DNA of 64,000 bases from Octopus sinensis (taxonomy: Eukaryota): NCBI RefSeq assembly GCF_006345805.1, contig NW_021836128.1, positions 160,486 through 224,485 on the forward strand, read 5' to 3'. Shown one piece after another: positions 51,171 through 64,000 of the stretch. A program made the translations under genes and the position numbers. Below the pieces are notes generated by a model. The model had not been told where the DNA came from, ran no database searches, and saw only the letters and a list, made by a program, of their open reading frames with translations. Position 1 is the stretch's first letter. Each line of letters opens with the position of its first letter.

Positions 51171-52739
51171 AAAAAGAATAGTTATTTATTTAATAACCAG
51201 TCCACACTGAATACTGGTGGATCTTTAGGTTCTAAATTACAGCAAATTAAAAAACTTTTAGCAGATGAATCTGTATCGTCATCTTGAAATCTAGTTTCAT
51301 TTTATAACTATAAAGACCTGAATAAATTGCTTCTGTTCGGATCTCTGGGAGCCATTAACTCTTGTAGTACAGACATTGTTATTTCATTAGTTGGATCGAT
51401 TTTGATTCCCGAATAGTCCGTATATTCCGAATATTTATTTTTCACAGTTATTCGTTTTTCTTATTTTTGGTCTTGGAATACTTAGGCATATCTGCGTAAA
51501 TAGCACGTAGAGTCTTTTATATCAAAATTAGACGTACCAGCTGTACGAAATAAACAAAGGCCAGATATTCTACGGACTTTATATCATACCTAAAACATAA
51601 TTTATCAAAAACAAAGAAAATTTATTAAAATTCATTCTGTTTGTATGACTGTAGTTTCATTTTCAATACTGTTGCGGTATGCTTGTATAATTGAATTAAA
51701 TTATGACAATTTCGAACAAAGTGTCGTAAATGGAAATGTCCATTGGCTTATCTTTTCTTTAAAGAGAAATCAATTGAATGTAACAGGGTAAATAGACTTT
51801 ATTCCGTATTCGCTCATATACTGAAAGGCAAACTGCATGGGGGATGGTCTATACTTCAAGTAATCCCGAATAGTTCAGCAAATTCAATGTTGCATCACTT
51901 TATATTTATTAGGTAAGTCACATGCCGTCTTTGGTATTGTTTAGTCAACACGGCATTAAATCTCGCTAATTCCAGGTGAAAAAAATTTCAAAATACTTCT
52001 CAAATTGCTAATATTACTTGTGTAAAGTGTTTAATGTTATTAATTGTAGACGTGCATTAAAAAAGCACTTCTAACATATTTACTAATTATCTCGATATCT
52101 TTCCTTAATAATTCATGTAAATATAGACAATTGTGAAAATCTGAGATCGGTCTCCCTGTTCGGCTAGAGGAGTCATTCCAAAATAACTTTGAAGTGAAAG
52201 TCAAAATAAAATGAAGATAGTACCTCGACATTCATGTAAATGTTATATTTCTAGATTGGTATCATTAAAATTAAATAAACATATTATTAAATAAACCTAC
52301 ACTTCCATGATGTTTTCGTAATATAAAACTTTTTTAGGTTATGTATTTATTTTTTATTTTAATTGTCCATAGAACACTGGAGTCTCTCGTAGAGGAAAAT
52401 GGGGGGGGGATCGCGGAAATGGACCACAAACCTTTCACCGTACATACAGAAAGTGTGTGGGGTCACGGTCGGAACATCGTGAAAACATGGCTCGACTGTT
52501 GAGAAATGTCGGAATCACCTGAACTTGTTAGTTAATGGTTAAGACGGTGATTTTGTTTGGCTTAAATAATAATAATAAGTAGTTTTTTAATGCCTCAAAA
52601 ACTGGCTTTTTCAGCGAATTTTGCTCGCGATATTGCGCGGAAACTGCCTGTCTATTCGCTCGTCTTCTCAATCCAAGAATTAACGTTATTATTTTTTGGG
52701 AAAAAAAAACTTTCATCGAAAAAAAACATAATAAAATAT

Positions 52740-53207
52740 TATAGTTCCTCTTTTACTTTATTTTTCACGGAAAACGCATCTAAAGGTATGCAGAATGCCA
52801 AGATGCTATGGGATCAGTTGTCAGCACAAGAGAAGCAGGCACTGGTTTCAAAGGTTGTTCTAATTTGTTGATTTTTAGATGAAAATGAATTATCCGAAAG
52901 CTTTTGAAGCATGTATCTCGAAACTCGACGACTACCATTCATCACTGGTTATGAAATACTCATTTTTTGATCAAAAGCCTAAGGTTTAGTCAATTTCCTA
53001 TAATCTGAGAATGGTTTGAAAAACAAAGAGATCAAAGAAGATATGAATCAGCTTCTTTCATATATCAAAATAAACAAGAATATGGTTGAACAACAAAACG
53101 AGTCTATGGGAAGTGAAGAAATTAACAGAATTGTTATTGATAACATTTTATGTCCTTTTCACGTTTTTTGTTTAAAAATGGATCATGACTTATTTAGAAT
53201 TTATTAG
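52740..53207 (+). CDS. Small spliced gene, possibly HMG-box-like
   Basis: SSFTLFFTE...AKMLWDQLSAQEKQALVSK|MKMNY...QKPK|NGLK...; 25- and 26-nt introns (52854-52878, 52984-53009) keep the frame open. Confidence 0.35.
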
Positions 53208-53229
53208 ATAGACTAATTAATATTGGAGT

Positions 53230-55260
53230 CTTCCAAGTGATTAAGGATTGAGCTCAACATATTTTCCTCGCTCCCATTACGTTCAACAAAATGTATTGCC
53301 ACTGAATTCTTTTCATGCAAGTACAAAATACTCACAAAAGTATATTCATAAGGGGGTACCCTTATCCTTTCGGTGGTGGATTAGATTAAGGAGATGGGAA
53401 AGAAGGAGTTGAAAGTACTGCAGTCTGTTTGTAAGAATGGGCAAAGGGACGAAATGGCCTTTGGTGGTGGTGAGAGAGAGGCCTTCGACCCACCTTATGT
53501 CAGTCATTTTCCTTTTTTTACTCTCCTCAGTCATCTTTTGTTCTCTAATAATTGCTTCCAGTTGCTGTTCTAGGATCAGACTTGAACGTGTCTGTTATAT
53601 TCAGAATATAAGTAACTTTGTATTCTGAATTAGACTGACACTTCCCTTTAAAAAACTAAAATACAAAAAAGCAATAACCCTGTCATAGGGGGAGTTTTCC
53701 GAGCAATTAACTGTGCCTTGGAGTACTTGGTAGAAATAGGGAATGGAATCAAAAAAGAAAGCGTAATGGAGATGTGACCCTAAATTGAGTGAGGTGAGCA
53801 TCTGTCCATATTGCTCGTTCGACTGAGACCTCATCAATTGTAACAGACGAGTCAGACTATCTGGGAGTACATCAGAGGGCACTGATCTTTCAGAGTGACT
53901 CCCTCCGAGTTATCGCCCCTGTCTTCAGTTGGGCGCTTTGTACGTTGCCCACTGTCCCACATTTCAATACCAAAACGAATTCAAAGGGATTCAAACACAT
54001 TGAGAACTCGTGACCAAATTTGCCCAATACTCCCACTCAGAGATTCCTTCGAGTTGTCGAATGAAATTATCTTGAGAGCGAGCACTTGGTCCTCGGAGGC
54101 CGACATCCCTGCCAACGACATAGGCTGTGCAGCATCCACCACGACAAGACTGTACATGTACAAATAATATATGCATGTGTTGGCTACAATATCATAAATG
54201 TGTGATACTCTTCATCTGACATAATCTCTCGCCCTCCAAAAACTTGATCTGATTCAACTGCCCACATCAAATTGTCAAGGACAAGTCCGTCAAAATTTTG
54301 GACCCCCACATCTGTAACATTAAAACATTCAAAGACCAATTCCAATTAAAGAAGAGCAAGTCCAGTCGGAAATACTTTCTGAGATGTCTTCAATGAGATG
54401 AGAATGCTCGTCCTCGCTGTCTCCTTCCACACCCAACTGCATATCGTCGAACGTGTCAGACATTTCCTCCTCATTTGGGACTTGTTCATATTCCAAGTCT
54501 CGAGATCCATTCTCCTCTGGAATTGTCTCCAATTGAGCTGAATGATGACACAAATCAGAATACAGATTAATTCCTCTATTCTCTTCGGACTGGAATCGTC
54601 ATCACTGTCATCCTCTATCACGTCCTCGTAGTCATATCTCTCATAACTTGTAAACTTTAAACACGAATGGATACTTTTCTTCAATGGGGCACCGATTATT
54701 GCCTCGGGAGAAAGAGTCGTTCTTTTTGTCGGCATCGAATGTAACACAAGCAGAGTACAGTCAGTACATTCTTCTCGTCCATATAACCATTGTCACGGGC
54801 TTGAAGGGACCTACCCTAATTAGATATTTCATACACTTAATAATACAAATACCCGTCCTCCGAGTCAAAGGCTTTGTAAATGTCTACAGAGCAAACCACG
54901 GGCTTTTGGTGATTTAAATGAAATATTTTTTGTATTAAATTTCAATTAATATTGCTTTTGATGTCTTGAAAACGTGTTAAAAAAGCTGAAAAAATTTTAA
55001 TCTGAATGGAGGAAAAATTTTTGTAATTCACAATGAAAATATTCGAACTTGGTCGATAATGCTCAAAAAATGCATCAGTCAAAGTATTCACGTGAACCTC
55101 TTTTCAGTAAACTTACGCGAATAAAAAGTAAGTATTGAAATCGATGAGTGGTGAACATCTAATTCAACGTACATCGTATTCGAACTTCACTCTTCCCTTT
55201 GATATTAGACACCAAACAAAACCAAATCACACATTGTTTTGATAAATTAAATGTAAATTA
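53230..55260 (-). pseudogene. UBR5: UBR5/EDD/hyd E3 ligase, central fragment only
   Basis: LMWAV, YSLVV...IWSRVLNVFESL*IRFG, LLQLMRSQSNEQ...HYAFFFDSIPYF; matches the UBR5 mid-region as recalled; no UBA, UBR box or HECT nearby. Confidence 0.55.
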
Positions 55261-55423
55261 TCATAGGTTAAAAAGAATCATTCAGTGTAATAAATGGTCT
55301 TCACATATGGAATGCTACTTAATTGTTATTATTCGATTAAAATCTTCATGGTGTCTCCAATAGAGTAAAAATACACTTAAAGCAGAAAAAAGTGACTACT
55401 TATAAATAATGCAATCTGTTATA

Positions 55424-55870
55424 CAGTGCTGGTAGAAAAAAACCGGTTTTGCAGTTACTAACTTTTTTTTGGCGGATAGCATTCAATTTTCCAACTGAAT
55501 TGAACTCTTTGGAGTTGATTAGATTTATAATTTTTTTATTTATAAAAAGTTTCATTAATCGTTTAAAATTTTGAAGATTTAAATTTTTCCGTGTGAATAA
55601 AAAACCGGTTTGCTTTATTGAGTGATATTTTAGTTGTTGAATTTTGAGTTTTATAAGAAAATGTTAAATGCAATAATTAAAGGAAAGATCCTAAAAATAT
55701 GGGACTGCTGATAGGGTTCCTGGTTCCGGACGTCCTAAAAAGCTTCAGAAAACAGACATTGAAATTCTATTACATCTTATGCGATCCCAAAAATCTTCTA
55801 ACACGTTGAGTAATGAAATAAAACATTTAACTAGTAGAGTGTCTGTAGAAAGACAATTGGAACTTATTTA
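55424..55870 (+). mobile_element. Tc1-like transposon relic (left end and HTH)
   Basis: TA|CAGTGCTGGTAGAAAAAAACCGG at 55424; GTADRVPGSGRPKKL near 55700. Confidence 0.6.
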
Positions 55871-56439
55871 AATTCACATTTTCTCTTCGAAAGAGTATTT
55901 ATTTCTGCAATTTACTTTTGCCTTTTTAATTCAAAATAATTTGATATGTAAAAATAAAATTTTAGACAAGCCATTCTAAAATAATAAATTAAACATTAAA
56001 ATTATTATAAAAATAAGTAAAATACTATTTTTACTTATAATTTATTTCTCCTATTTACTTTTGCCTTTTTAATTCAAAGTGAGTCCCTTCAAGCCTGGAG
56101 GTCCTTTCAAACCTGTGACATTCTCAAGTCATTTAAAACCCGTGACAACTGTTTCGCAATCCGTGAGGCTGGGAGGGCGTCCTAAACTGCAATCATTGAT
56201 CGATCGTTTTTTGTAAATATCATTTGATTGATGTAACATGTTTCTAGTGGGGACATTTCAAAAAAATGTTGTTTGGAATCATAGCCACAGTGAACTGATA
56301 TAAGTGAATGAGGGAATACTTTTTAGGACATCTTTTTTTCACGTTTGTACACCTTGGGGTTTCGTTCACAAAAATATAAAATACATTTTTGTATTAATAA
56401 GAGTTAATGTTGGGTTAGCTTTGGCTCAATTTGAGGGAT

Positions 56440-57350
56440 TGTTTTCTCAAAATTCTCTACGTCGGCATGCTAATCAACTCCACTAAGAGAGAATATATTC
56501 GAGAATCTATGATCCCAAAGGACCTCAGTTGAATGGCAAAAAGTTGGTGATTTCACGGAATAGCCAGACGATTCACTGACTCCTGTCACTGTGACGATAA
56601 TTTCATATCCATCAGCTATGAATTTTGATTGGTCGTATTTGTAAAGAGAACTGTTTTCGTCATCTTGTGAGAGACCGTTATTGGCCAGCCAGAGTCAGGA
56701 GAACTTGAATCAAAATTGGTTGCAAGACGTTTAGAGTGAAAAGGAATCATTTCCCCTTCGGCAGTAATTTGAGAACAAATGAGACACATTTTAACATTAG
56801 AAGCTATAATTTAAGACTTTTGGATATTAAGAATTCGACAAATAAAATATTTTGACTGATTCCTTTTACAAACAACCGCATTTTTTGTGTTTCTTGCCTT
56901 GAAAGCGGATTGGATATTTTTTTGAATGCAAGTCCAAAACCCAAAGATTCCAACAAATTCCAATCAGTGTTTGCAATAAGAGAACTATGCCTGAAAGAGG
57001 GCAGTTTGAACTAACAAACATATGGCCGTATCCAACAGTGCTTTGTGTTGCCATTGGAAAAACCATTACTCCTAAAAAGTGTTTAAATTATGAACACATT
57101 CCGTTTCACTGTATAAAAACAGAATGTACCAGATCAGTGCAAACACAACAGAACTGAGTAAGTATATGGAAATGATGAAAATGAATAATTGTATCCAATT
57201 CAGTAAAAGCAGAGATGTCAAAAAATCGGAAATAACACGTTTTTTATTAAACCGGAAATTCTACATTTAATTTTTCCGTTCTTTTCGACTAATCGGGAGT
57301 TTGTTCTGGCCCACTTTTTGGATGAACTTTGGTGGGAAGAAAGAGCTTCC
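56440..57350 (-). CDS. Inward-rectifier potassium channel (Kir), frameshifted
   Basis: ATQSTVGYG...CPLSGIVLLLQTLIG; TAEGEMIPF...WPITVSHK...YEIIVTVTGVSESSG...EVLWDHRF. Confidence 0.85.
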
Positions 57351-57639
57351 CCACATTCATGTAAACTGACAAGTCTGTTTCATTTGAATCCTAATCAACG
57401 TAAGACAGATCATAAAAATACTTTGCATGAAAAGAAGTAAATCTGTTGAACTGGACATAAATTATGTTAAATTTTTATATTTGACCTTATTTTTTAAAAA
57501 ATTCTGGAATAAAAATAAATTAAATTTAAAGGGAATTTATTCTATTTTGGTCATTATCCTGCTATTATGTTTATTCGGTACTTCCATTAATATTATCATT
57601 TTAGTACTTTTCATAAGGATTACATAAAATTACAATTAA

Positions 57640-58150
57640 AACCTACGCACGTGGATTTTTCTGTGATGTCAAAAGTCTTACATATTCCTACAAACCTTTT
57701 TCCCTCAAATATTATGTCTTTTTTTATGCGGGGTTGCCATAAATGTTTTTTAGTTTGTTTAATATTCGTAAGGTTCTGGTGTAAAAAATATTACTCAGCA
57801 AAGTAAATGGACAATGTAAACTTTCGAAAACTCTAAAAGTGATAATTCTTAATTTGCTGACTTTATTTATCGACTACGGTTTTGCACCCGTGGTTTTATT
57901 TTTTGTAAATGAGCAGCTTTGATATAATTTATTGAAGTTATATACTGGTTATCTTAGGCCTAATTTTGCGAGCATTTGTTTACTTAATTACACGAATATG
58001 TCTTGTTCCTGATACGTCTAGGAGATTGGTGAAATAATCTCTTCCCTTAAATTTTAATGTTTACTCCAATTCTAGCTTTCGTCACTTTTTAGAAGGTCAT
58101 TTGCTCGACCGATGCAGCAGTCAATCATCTAAGTTTTGTTATCATCTTTG
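57640..58150 (+). pseudogene. PAP2/phospholipid phosphatase (PLPP/wunen-like) fragment
   Basis: RGFFCDVKSLTYSYK and KLYTGYLRPNFASIC (C1 motif); C2/C3 motifs not recovered. Confidence 0.5.
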
Positions 58151-58479
58151 ATTCTAAAAATTCATCTCTCAAGGAATAATAAAAATGTTCTGTCCAGGTT
58201 ACAGCCACAAAATAAACTCTCTAATAAACGGGAAAAAACATTCTGCCGAGTCTTCCATCAAACTGAGGAATCTAAACAGATTAGTGCTGTTAATCCGTCG
58301 GCTCTTGATTAAATACGGACAAGCTGTTTGTCCTAGGCATAGACAAATGACGGTGAATGGACAAAACCGTCGTGAATGAATTGTCTTCCTTTATCCTTTG
58401 AAGTCTGTTAATCCATCAGTAAAGTTCTACATGATACACAAACCTGTCAATTTTATCAGAGAGGTTTCCATAAAATAAA

Positions 58480-59310
58480 AATATTTTGAAAATAATCAGA
58501 TTGAATCCAAAAATAAAATAAAGAATCGGGCATATGCCAATATGATGCCAATACTCATCTCACAAAATATTGCTAGGAGTAGTTAAAGATAGTCTGATAG
58601 AAATATTAACAAAGTTAGTAGCTGTATTTCCTAAAACAACATTTTGCTCTAATCACTGTTAAACAAACCTGCTTTAAATCTGATTTAAATGTGTTAAAAA
58701 AAATTTGTGTAAATAAATATTTATTATTAAAATTATTTTAGTTTAATTCGTGTGCAACTTAACTTCAACACAAAGTTCTCTAAATTCGAAATAGTAAGAA
58801 CTAAAATATAGAAATGTAATTGGTAGCATCATCCATTCAAAAAACGAGCTTACAGATACAAAATTCTATTTTTTATAAATAAACCTTACATTGTTGTTGA
58901 TATATTTTGACAAAATATTGAATATCAGATCTACAATATTAAAAATCACATCGCATACACATTGCAAAAGAAATAGCCAAAAGAATTGCCAAAATCCACT
59001 CATATATAATAGCTTCTTTAGTTTTAAATTGTGGGTAAAGCATTGTAGAGACTTTGGCAAGAATAAAAATTCCAATTAAATTCCCAATAAACCCAATGAG
59101 TGCTCCAGAGAAGTGTAATTTCTGAAGTGGGTATAACTATTAAAATTTTAAATGAAAATAAAAAAACCTGAAAATTGACAGGAATTAAAATTCCAAAAGT
59201 GCACACAAATTCATTAAGAAATAAAATATTATTCAAAAATTGAGATTTCTGAATGATTCTCAGTTTATGTCGATTATAGATTAATATTATACATGCGATA
59301 AGCAATTCTG
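58480..59310 (-). pseudogene. Class C (GABA-B-like) GPCR 7TM region, degenerate
   Basis: IYNRHKLRIIQKSQFLNNILFL...LIGFIGNLIGIFILAK...IVDLIF resemble GABA-B TM1-TM4; no ligand-binding ectodomain seen. Confidence 0.4.
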
Positions 59311-59734
59311 TTATATTAAATATAAATCAAACGGTGAAGAAACAAAATTGTAAAAAATAATGAGAAAAACGAACTTTGCGGTCGATGGTTAGCCATGTCA
59401 CTGAACAGTTGTTTTTTATTTAATGTTACCTGACATAAGGAATGATATAGGTAGAGTTTATTGGTTTATTATTGTTCCATATTATAATAGTCCCAATCAC
59501 TCCGACTGTACCCCATATTAAATAAATAATTATTATTATATGAAAATAGCGAATATACATAATTATAATTTAACTATTTATTTTGTCATCAATGTGTATA
59601 ATAAATAATATAACTAAAAAATTAACAAAAAATCTTAAAAATTATAGCTATTCACCTTTATATATGTTTAGTCGAGACAATATATTTGCCCATATTCTAC
59701 TTTATTGTTTTTAAAATGTAAACAAAATGTGAAC

Positions 59735-59885
59735 TTAGCCATCTACGAAGACACAATGAAGTTGTAAAGTGTATTCAATTACATTTTTATCAAGTAAAAA
59801 AGAGCAACAAAGATAAAGGATCACTGTGTCAAGTCTATAATATCGACAGAAAATGTTGAAATCCGAATTGATATTTCCTGAATTG
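59735..59885 (+). mobile_element. Short R4-like relic related to 16010-17800
   Basis: RRHNEVVKCIQLHF...HCVKSIISTENVEIRID. Confidence 0.55.
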
Positions 59886-60039
59886 GTTTTTTAATTACAA
59901 AAACAACTTCGGAGGCTACGAGGATTCTCAGAGAAATATTATACTGGACTGCTCTACCTCAGTCTCTTCCACCATCACTTTGGAGATCGAAACAGCCACT
60001 TAATTAAAAAAATATTAATTTAAATTATTATTAATCAAT

Positions 60040-60830
60040 AATATCCAGTTTACGAAAAACCAAGGTCCCGATTATTATTGCTTTATCTGCCACCAAAAAC
60101 CTGACTGGATGGTAAGGCCTTTGATCAATCGGCTCCAGACTGTCCTACGGATACAGAAAAGTCCACTTTCTTTGCATTACTTTAGCAATCACACCTAAAC
60201 CAGGGATACACATTCAGAGGACGCATTTCAAAAACGGCGCTAATTTCGCGTCATAAAATTTAAACCTTTGGCAAAAAAAATGTGTGAAATTACCTTTCTT
60301 CGGGGCACGTGAAGGCGGGTCGTCCATTTTATTAACAAAGACAACAAAATAATTAATGCCAGAAGCCTCCGCAATGATAGCATGTTCCCGCGTCTGACCC
60401 CCTTGTCAAACCCTGTCTCAAACTCCCCCGACTTCGCAGAGATTACTAGTACTGCCATGTCTTCCTTGACTACCCCCTTTATCATGTTGGGGCCATATGC
60501 CTTGTGGCCTGGAGCGTCCAATATTGTCACGTGCTTTTTGGGAGTTTCGAAGTAGGAATACCGCACTTGCAGTCTTGTCTTTTTCGCGCTCTTCTGGGTT
60601 TGTGTCGAGAGCACAGGTACCTCAGAAATTAGAGTTAGGAGTACCACGACTCAAGGTTTGGTTCCCGCGCTTTTGCCTCGTATTTCTCCAATGTTATCTT
60701 GCTTATCATTACTGTAAGAGCATTAGGTTACCGCCAATTGTCAATTTTCCTGCGTTGACATGACCAATAAAAATTATATTTATTTCATCTTTTTTGCCCA
60801 AATTGGCTGTCTCTTCATTAGTTGGTGCTA
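60040..60830 (-). pseudogene. GSPT1: Translation release factor eRF3 GTPase fragment, degenerate
   Basis: IGHVNAGK-like start, YFETPKKHVTILDAPGHKAYGPNMIKG, VLVISAKSGEFETGFDKG, INKMDDP, LAPFLK, PVRFLVADK; conserved residues substituted. Confidence 0.8.
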
Positions 60831-61026
60831 GTTGAATGATATATTTAATAGTCATCGTGATTCCGATTTCCCATGGTTAAGCGGCACAGATTGCAGTCTT
60901 TCTTTGGTTAAGTGATTACAACCTCACTATGTAAGGTGAGTAAGGTATCTGTTAGATTAGTGGTCCTTATTTGTGGCTTCTCGCATGTTTTGTTCTACTG
61001 GTTTATACACATTTCACTACATTTTA

Positions 61027-61430
61027 TTAAGCAAAGAGTTTAGAGCGTAATTTAGTCAGAAAGTCTGCAATACCAACAACAAATTTAGCAGAGACAGCCA
61101 CAGGGGCGATTATAGTGTCCTCCAAACAAACAAATTCATCCAATCTCCGACTTGCGTCTTGTAAATCGACTTTATTGCACACCAAAAAAGAAGGAAGGCG
61201 ACTCAGTCCCTCTTTGTAATCCTTCAACTGACACTTTAAATCTTGGAACTGGCGAAATAAATCGAGAGAAAGATCAAGGACAAACACAAAACAACGACAC
61301 GAAATCAAAGGCTTCGCCCACCCCTCCATATTCTGCCACGTTCGGCATCCTGGTCACGGAAAAACGGAAAGCGCGGTTTCCGTTTCCGCCACTTCATCTG
61401 TGGGCGGCTATAAAAAAGTATCCACTTTAG
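61027..61430 (-). pseudogene. MTG2: Obg-family GTPase (MTG2/GTPBP5-like) lacking G1-G3
   Basis: IAAHR*SGGNGNRAF...GGVGE joined to CRCFVFVLDLS...YKEGLSRLPSFLVCNKVDL...VSAK. Confidence 0.7.
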
Positions 61431-61779
61431 TATCTCAAATCAATTTCCCGTTGTAATCAGAGTGATTAAAGATCTGTACATAAATGTCGACTTATTCACA
61501 AAACTACCCAATTCAAAATGTCTCTAAAAATCATACATCTATTGGTGGGCATTCAAGAAATCATGTTTTATTCATCCATGATTTGAAACTTAAAGAAGAT
61601 AAATAATGAAGGATGTAATTATTTACTTTAATGGTTTAGAAAAACATTTTGAAAAATCAGCAACAGCTCATTATTTATTGAGGAATGATGCCGCGTTAAT
61701 GAATGGACTTGTAAATATTATTATAAATTTTTTGTTTTAAATAAAATTTTGAATTCTTAACGTCTTAATGGTGTTAAGA

Positions 61780-62075
61780 CTATACCGACAAAGTAAAAAA
61801 GTTATTAAAGTCAAAAAAGTTCAGTTGTTTCGACGTAGTGCGACGTTCGGTGGGCGATATCCAACGATTGCGTCTAATAATTCGTCGAAAGCGTTGTCCA
61901 AATGGCTCACTTGCCTTCTCCATAAAAATTCTACACATTAAATCGGAGTATACCAGCAAAGTATTCACCCATGTAGTGTCGTGCGGTTCCTCTGTGTCTT
62001 TTATTGCGCCATTTTGCGCTCCCCCACATTCTCTCCACAGTCTGAGTATGTGCACCGGTCATCCAGCTATAAGAT
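61780..62075 (-). mobile_element. Merlin (ISXO2/IS1016-like) transposase 3' relic
   Basis: Frame not in the ORF track reads TGAHTQTVERMWGSAKWRNKRHRGTARHYMGEYF, the typical Merlin C-terminal catalytic-Glu motif. Confidence 0.7.
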
Positions 62076-62139
62076 GTTAAATTTCAGTTTTCCATCCAAC
62101 CATAGAAGGACATCAATCTGTGGCAATTCAAAATATCTT

Positions 62140-63400
62140 TGAAAGATCCAAATGTGCCTTTTCAAGGAATTAACAAGTTTACGGAATATCAGGACATTCG
62201 GTGGCTGGGATACGCCCCTCACGCAATCACATACGCGTCGGACTACTTTGAGCAACTCTACTCTCTGGCAGTAAAGCTGATCAGAAAGGACTTGGCGTAC
62301 GTGTGCCACATGTCGCGGATGAGTTGAAGGGGACGAATGTGGGGGAGTCTCCATGGAGGACAAGACCGGTGAAAAAGTCATTGGGGCTGTTCGAGGACAT
62401 GAGGAGAGAGAAGTTAGAGGAGGAGGCGTCGTTGAGAATGAAGTACAGAATGGAGGACGGGAAGGTGGACCCGGTGGCCTACCGAATAAAGTACTGCGAG
62501 CACTACCGAACAATGAATGACTGGTAGTGCCAATGGGAGGAGTGTAGGTGTGTATATCCCACATATGACTTTACTCACTGCTTGTGTGACTCCATCGAGG
62601 ACATCACTCACTCTTTGTGCACCAAGGAGTTCCAGAGCAGGTGATTGATGACGGGGAGTGTAGGCGGTCGTCTTACTTTTATTTGTGCAATGCCCTTGAC
62701 GTGTACTGTCCAGTCCAGTGGGAGTACAGTCGACTCAACTTGTACTACAGTGTTGTGTCCAAGAGGAAGATTGCCAAGCTCATCCAACGAGGATTCGTCA
62801 GGTTCACTCGATTTTTCTACTCTAGTGATTGGGATGACCCCAGACTGTTTACTCTCTCTCCGAAGAAGGGGAGTCCCACCCGACGCTCTCAACTACTTTT
62901 GTGCCAACGTCGGAGTCACCATGTCCCTCTCACACACTGATCCCTCACTCCTCGATGCCTGTACTCGTACTGTACTCAATTCCATTGCCAAAAGGTTCCT
63001 TCTCCACATTTCACTCTTTAGACTATGGTTGTTCTCAATCCACTCAAACTCCATATTCGCAACTTTACTTACCCCTCTTCCTTCACTGTCCCCGATTTCC
63101 CTTCCAATCCTCAAGCCGGCTCACACTCCATTGCGTTCTCCTCCGTCATCTTCATCGAACGCTCAGACTACCAATTTGAGGCCACTAACTGCAAACGGCT
63201 TACTCATTCCTCCTGCGTTGGCTTGAAGTACACCAATTTGATGGTCCAAGTCGTCGAGTCCTCAGACGATCAACTCGTTGTTGACTGTCTCCCACTCGAC
63301 CACCAACGCTGTTCTTCTTTCATTCACTGGGTTTCCTTCCATGTCTCCTGCACTGTTAGACTATATTCCAACCTGTATTCCCCCTCCTTATCCCAGTTTC
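62140..63400 (+). pseudogene. QARS1: Glutaminyl-tRNA synthetase fragment (no HIGH motif, no last exons)
   Basis: WLGYAPHAITYASDYFEQLY, MEDGKVDPVAYRIKY, W|[58 protein letters not shown]; four 23-27 nt introns. Confidence 0.92.
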
Positions 63401-63560
63401 AAACACAAACTTCCCCTTGTCCCAGTTTCAACAGATAGATCAGAAATATTAGATAGAAACAACAGATAATTGAATAGCAAATAAACAGAAAAAGTGCACC
63501 CCAACAACAACGTGCAAAGTGCGTTTACACTAATTTTAAGAATTGATTTTGTTTGCATCC

Positions 63561-64000
63561 TTATTATTATTAATAAGCACACCGCAAAATAACGTTAGTA
63601 AAGTTATCTCGTGTGTGCCACCCTCTCCTGGATGTGTTTTGTTAATCGCTTCCAAGTCCCTTTGTTCCTCGATAGTTTCCTCAGTGCTCATGATCGTCTG
63701 TCGATTTCAACTCTTTTTCTAATCAAAGTTAGGTTTTGATGCAGGAGGGTTGCTAGATTGATTTGTGGTCTTCCTCGGAAGGTCGTTTCCGGATGAGGAG
63801 CGTAGTGGTGTTCCATTGCGAGATTTGCGGGAGTTTTCCTGTCCATTCGTAGGATGTGACCGAATAAGCCCCATCTATTACTTCGCGTTCTTCGGCCAAC
63901 GGATTTACATGTCGTCAATTGGCGTAGACATTTTGTTTTGAATCATTGATTTTGAGATCAATAAACGTTTCCTATTTCAAAATGTCCGCGTCCTCAATGT
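63561..64000 (-). mobile_element. RTE-like LINE 3' end, related to 33610-36620, running off the window
   Basis: RWGLFGHILRMDRKTPANLAME...FRGRPQINLATLL; (TAA)n tail at ~63561-63575. Confidence 0.85.

Noticed and set aside
54790-56140. Inverted similarity GGTCC(C/T)TTCAA(G/A)CC(C/T)GTGACA at ~54795 (-) and ~56100 (+), both reading GPFKPVT
   Set aside because: Only about 20 bp, no TSD or extension; cannot be distinguished from chance or a tiny duplication

Overview
AT-rich, gene-dense eukaryotic (animal) genomic DNA, not prokaryotic. Nearly every host gene is split by ultra-short GT-AG introns, mostly 23-29 nt among those resolved by hand. Together with metazoan genes (Kir channel, GABA-B-like 7TM, Max, aPKC, HIPK) and a motile-cilium gene (DRC7), this best fits a dicyemid mesozoan (inference). 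Positions 1-18.6 kb are a transposon pile-up: a pogo relic interrupted by a 10.35-kb Helitron (1200-11550), a near-intact pogo/Tigger with perfect TIRs, CRE-like retrotransposon 3' ends, an intron-containing Ginger/KRBA2-like integrase, an R4-like LINE and a uridine kinase gene. The Helitron's ~2060-aa RepHel has a 25-nt micro-intron and about 21 copies of a 23-aa STPR-like repeat, and the element carries several tandem arrays plus a ~2-kb A-rich block. Positions 19-64 kb hold about 20 recognisable conserved genes, many frameshifted, truncated or internally deleted. They are interleaved with RTE, CRE, Jockey/I-like, hAT, Tc1, pogo and Merlin relics. All family assignments are by-eye motif recognition, not database searches. 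Some single-base indels in homopolymers may be consensus errors.
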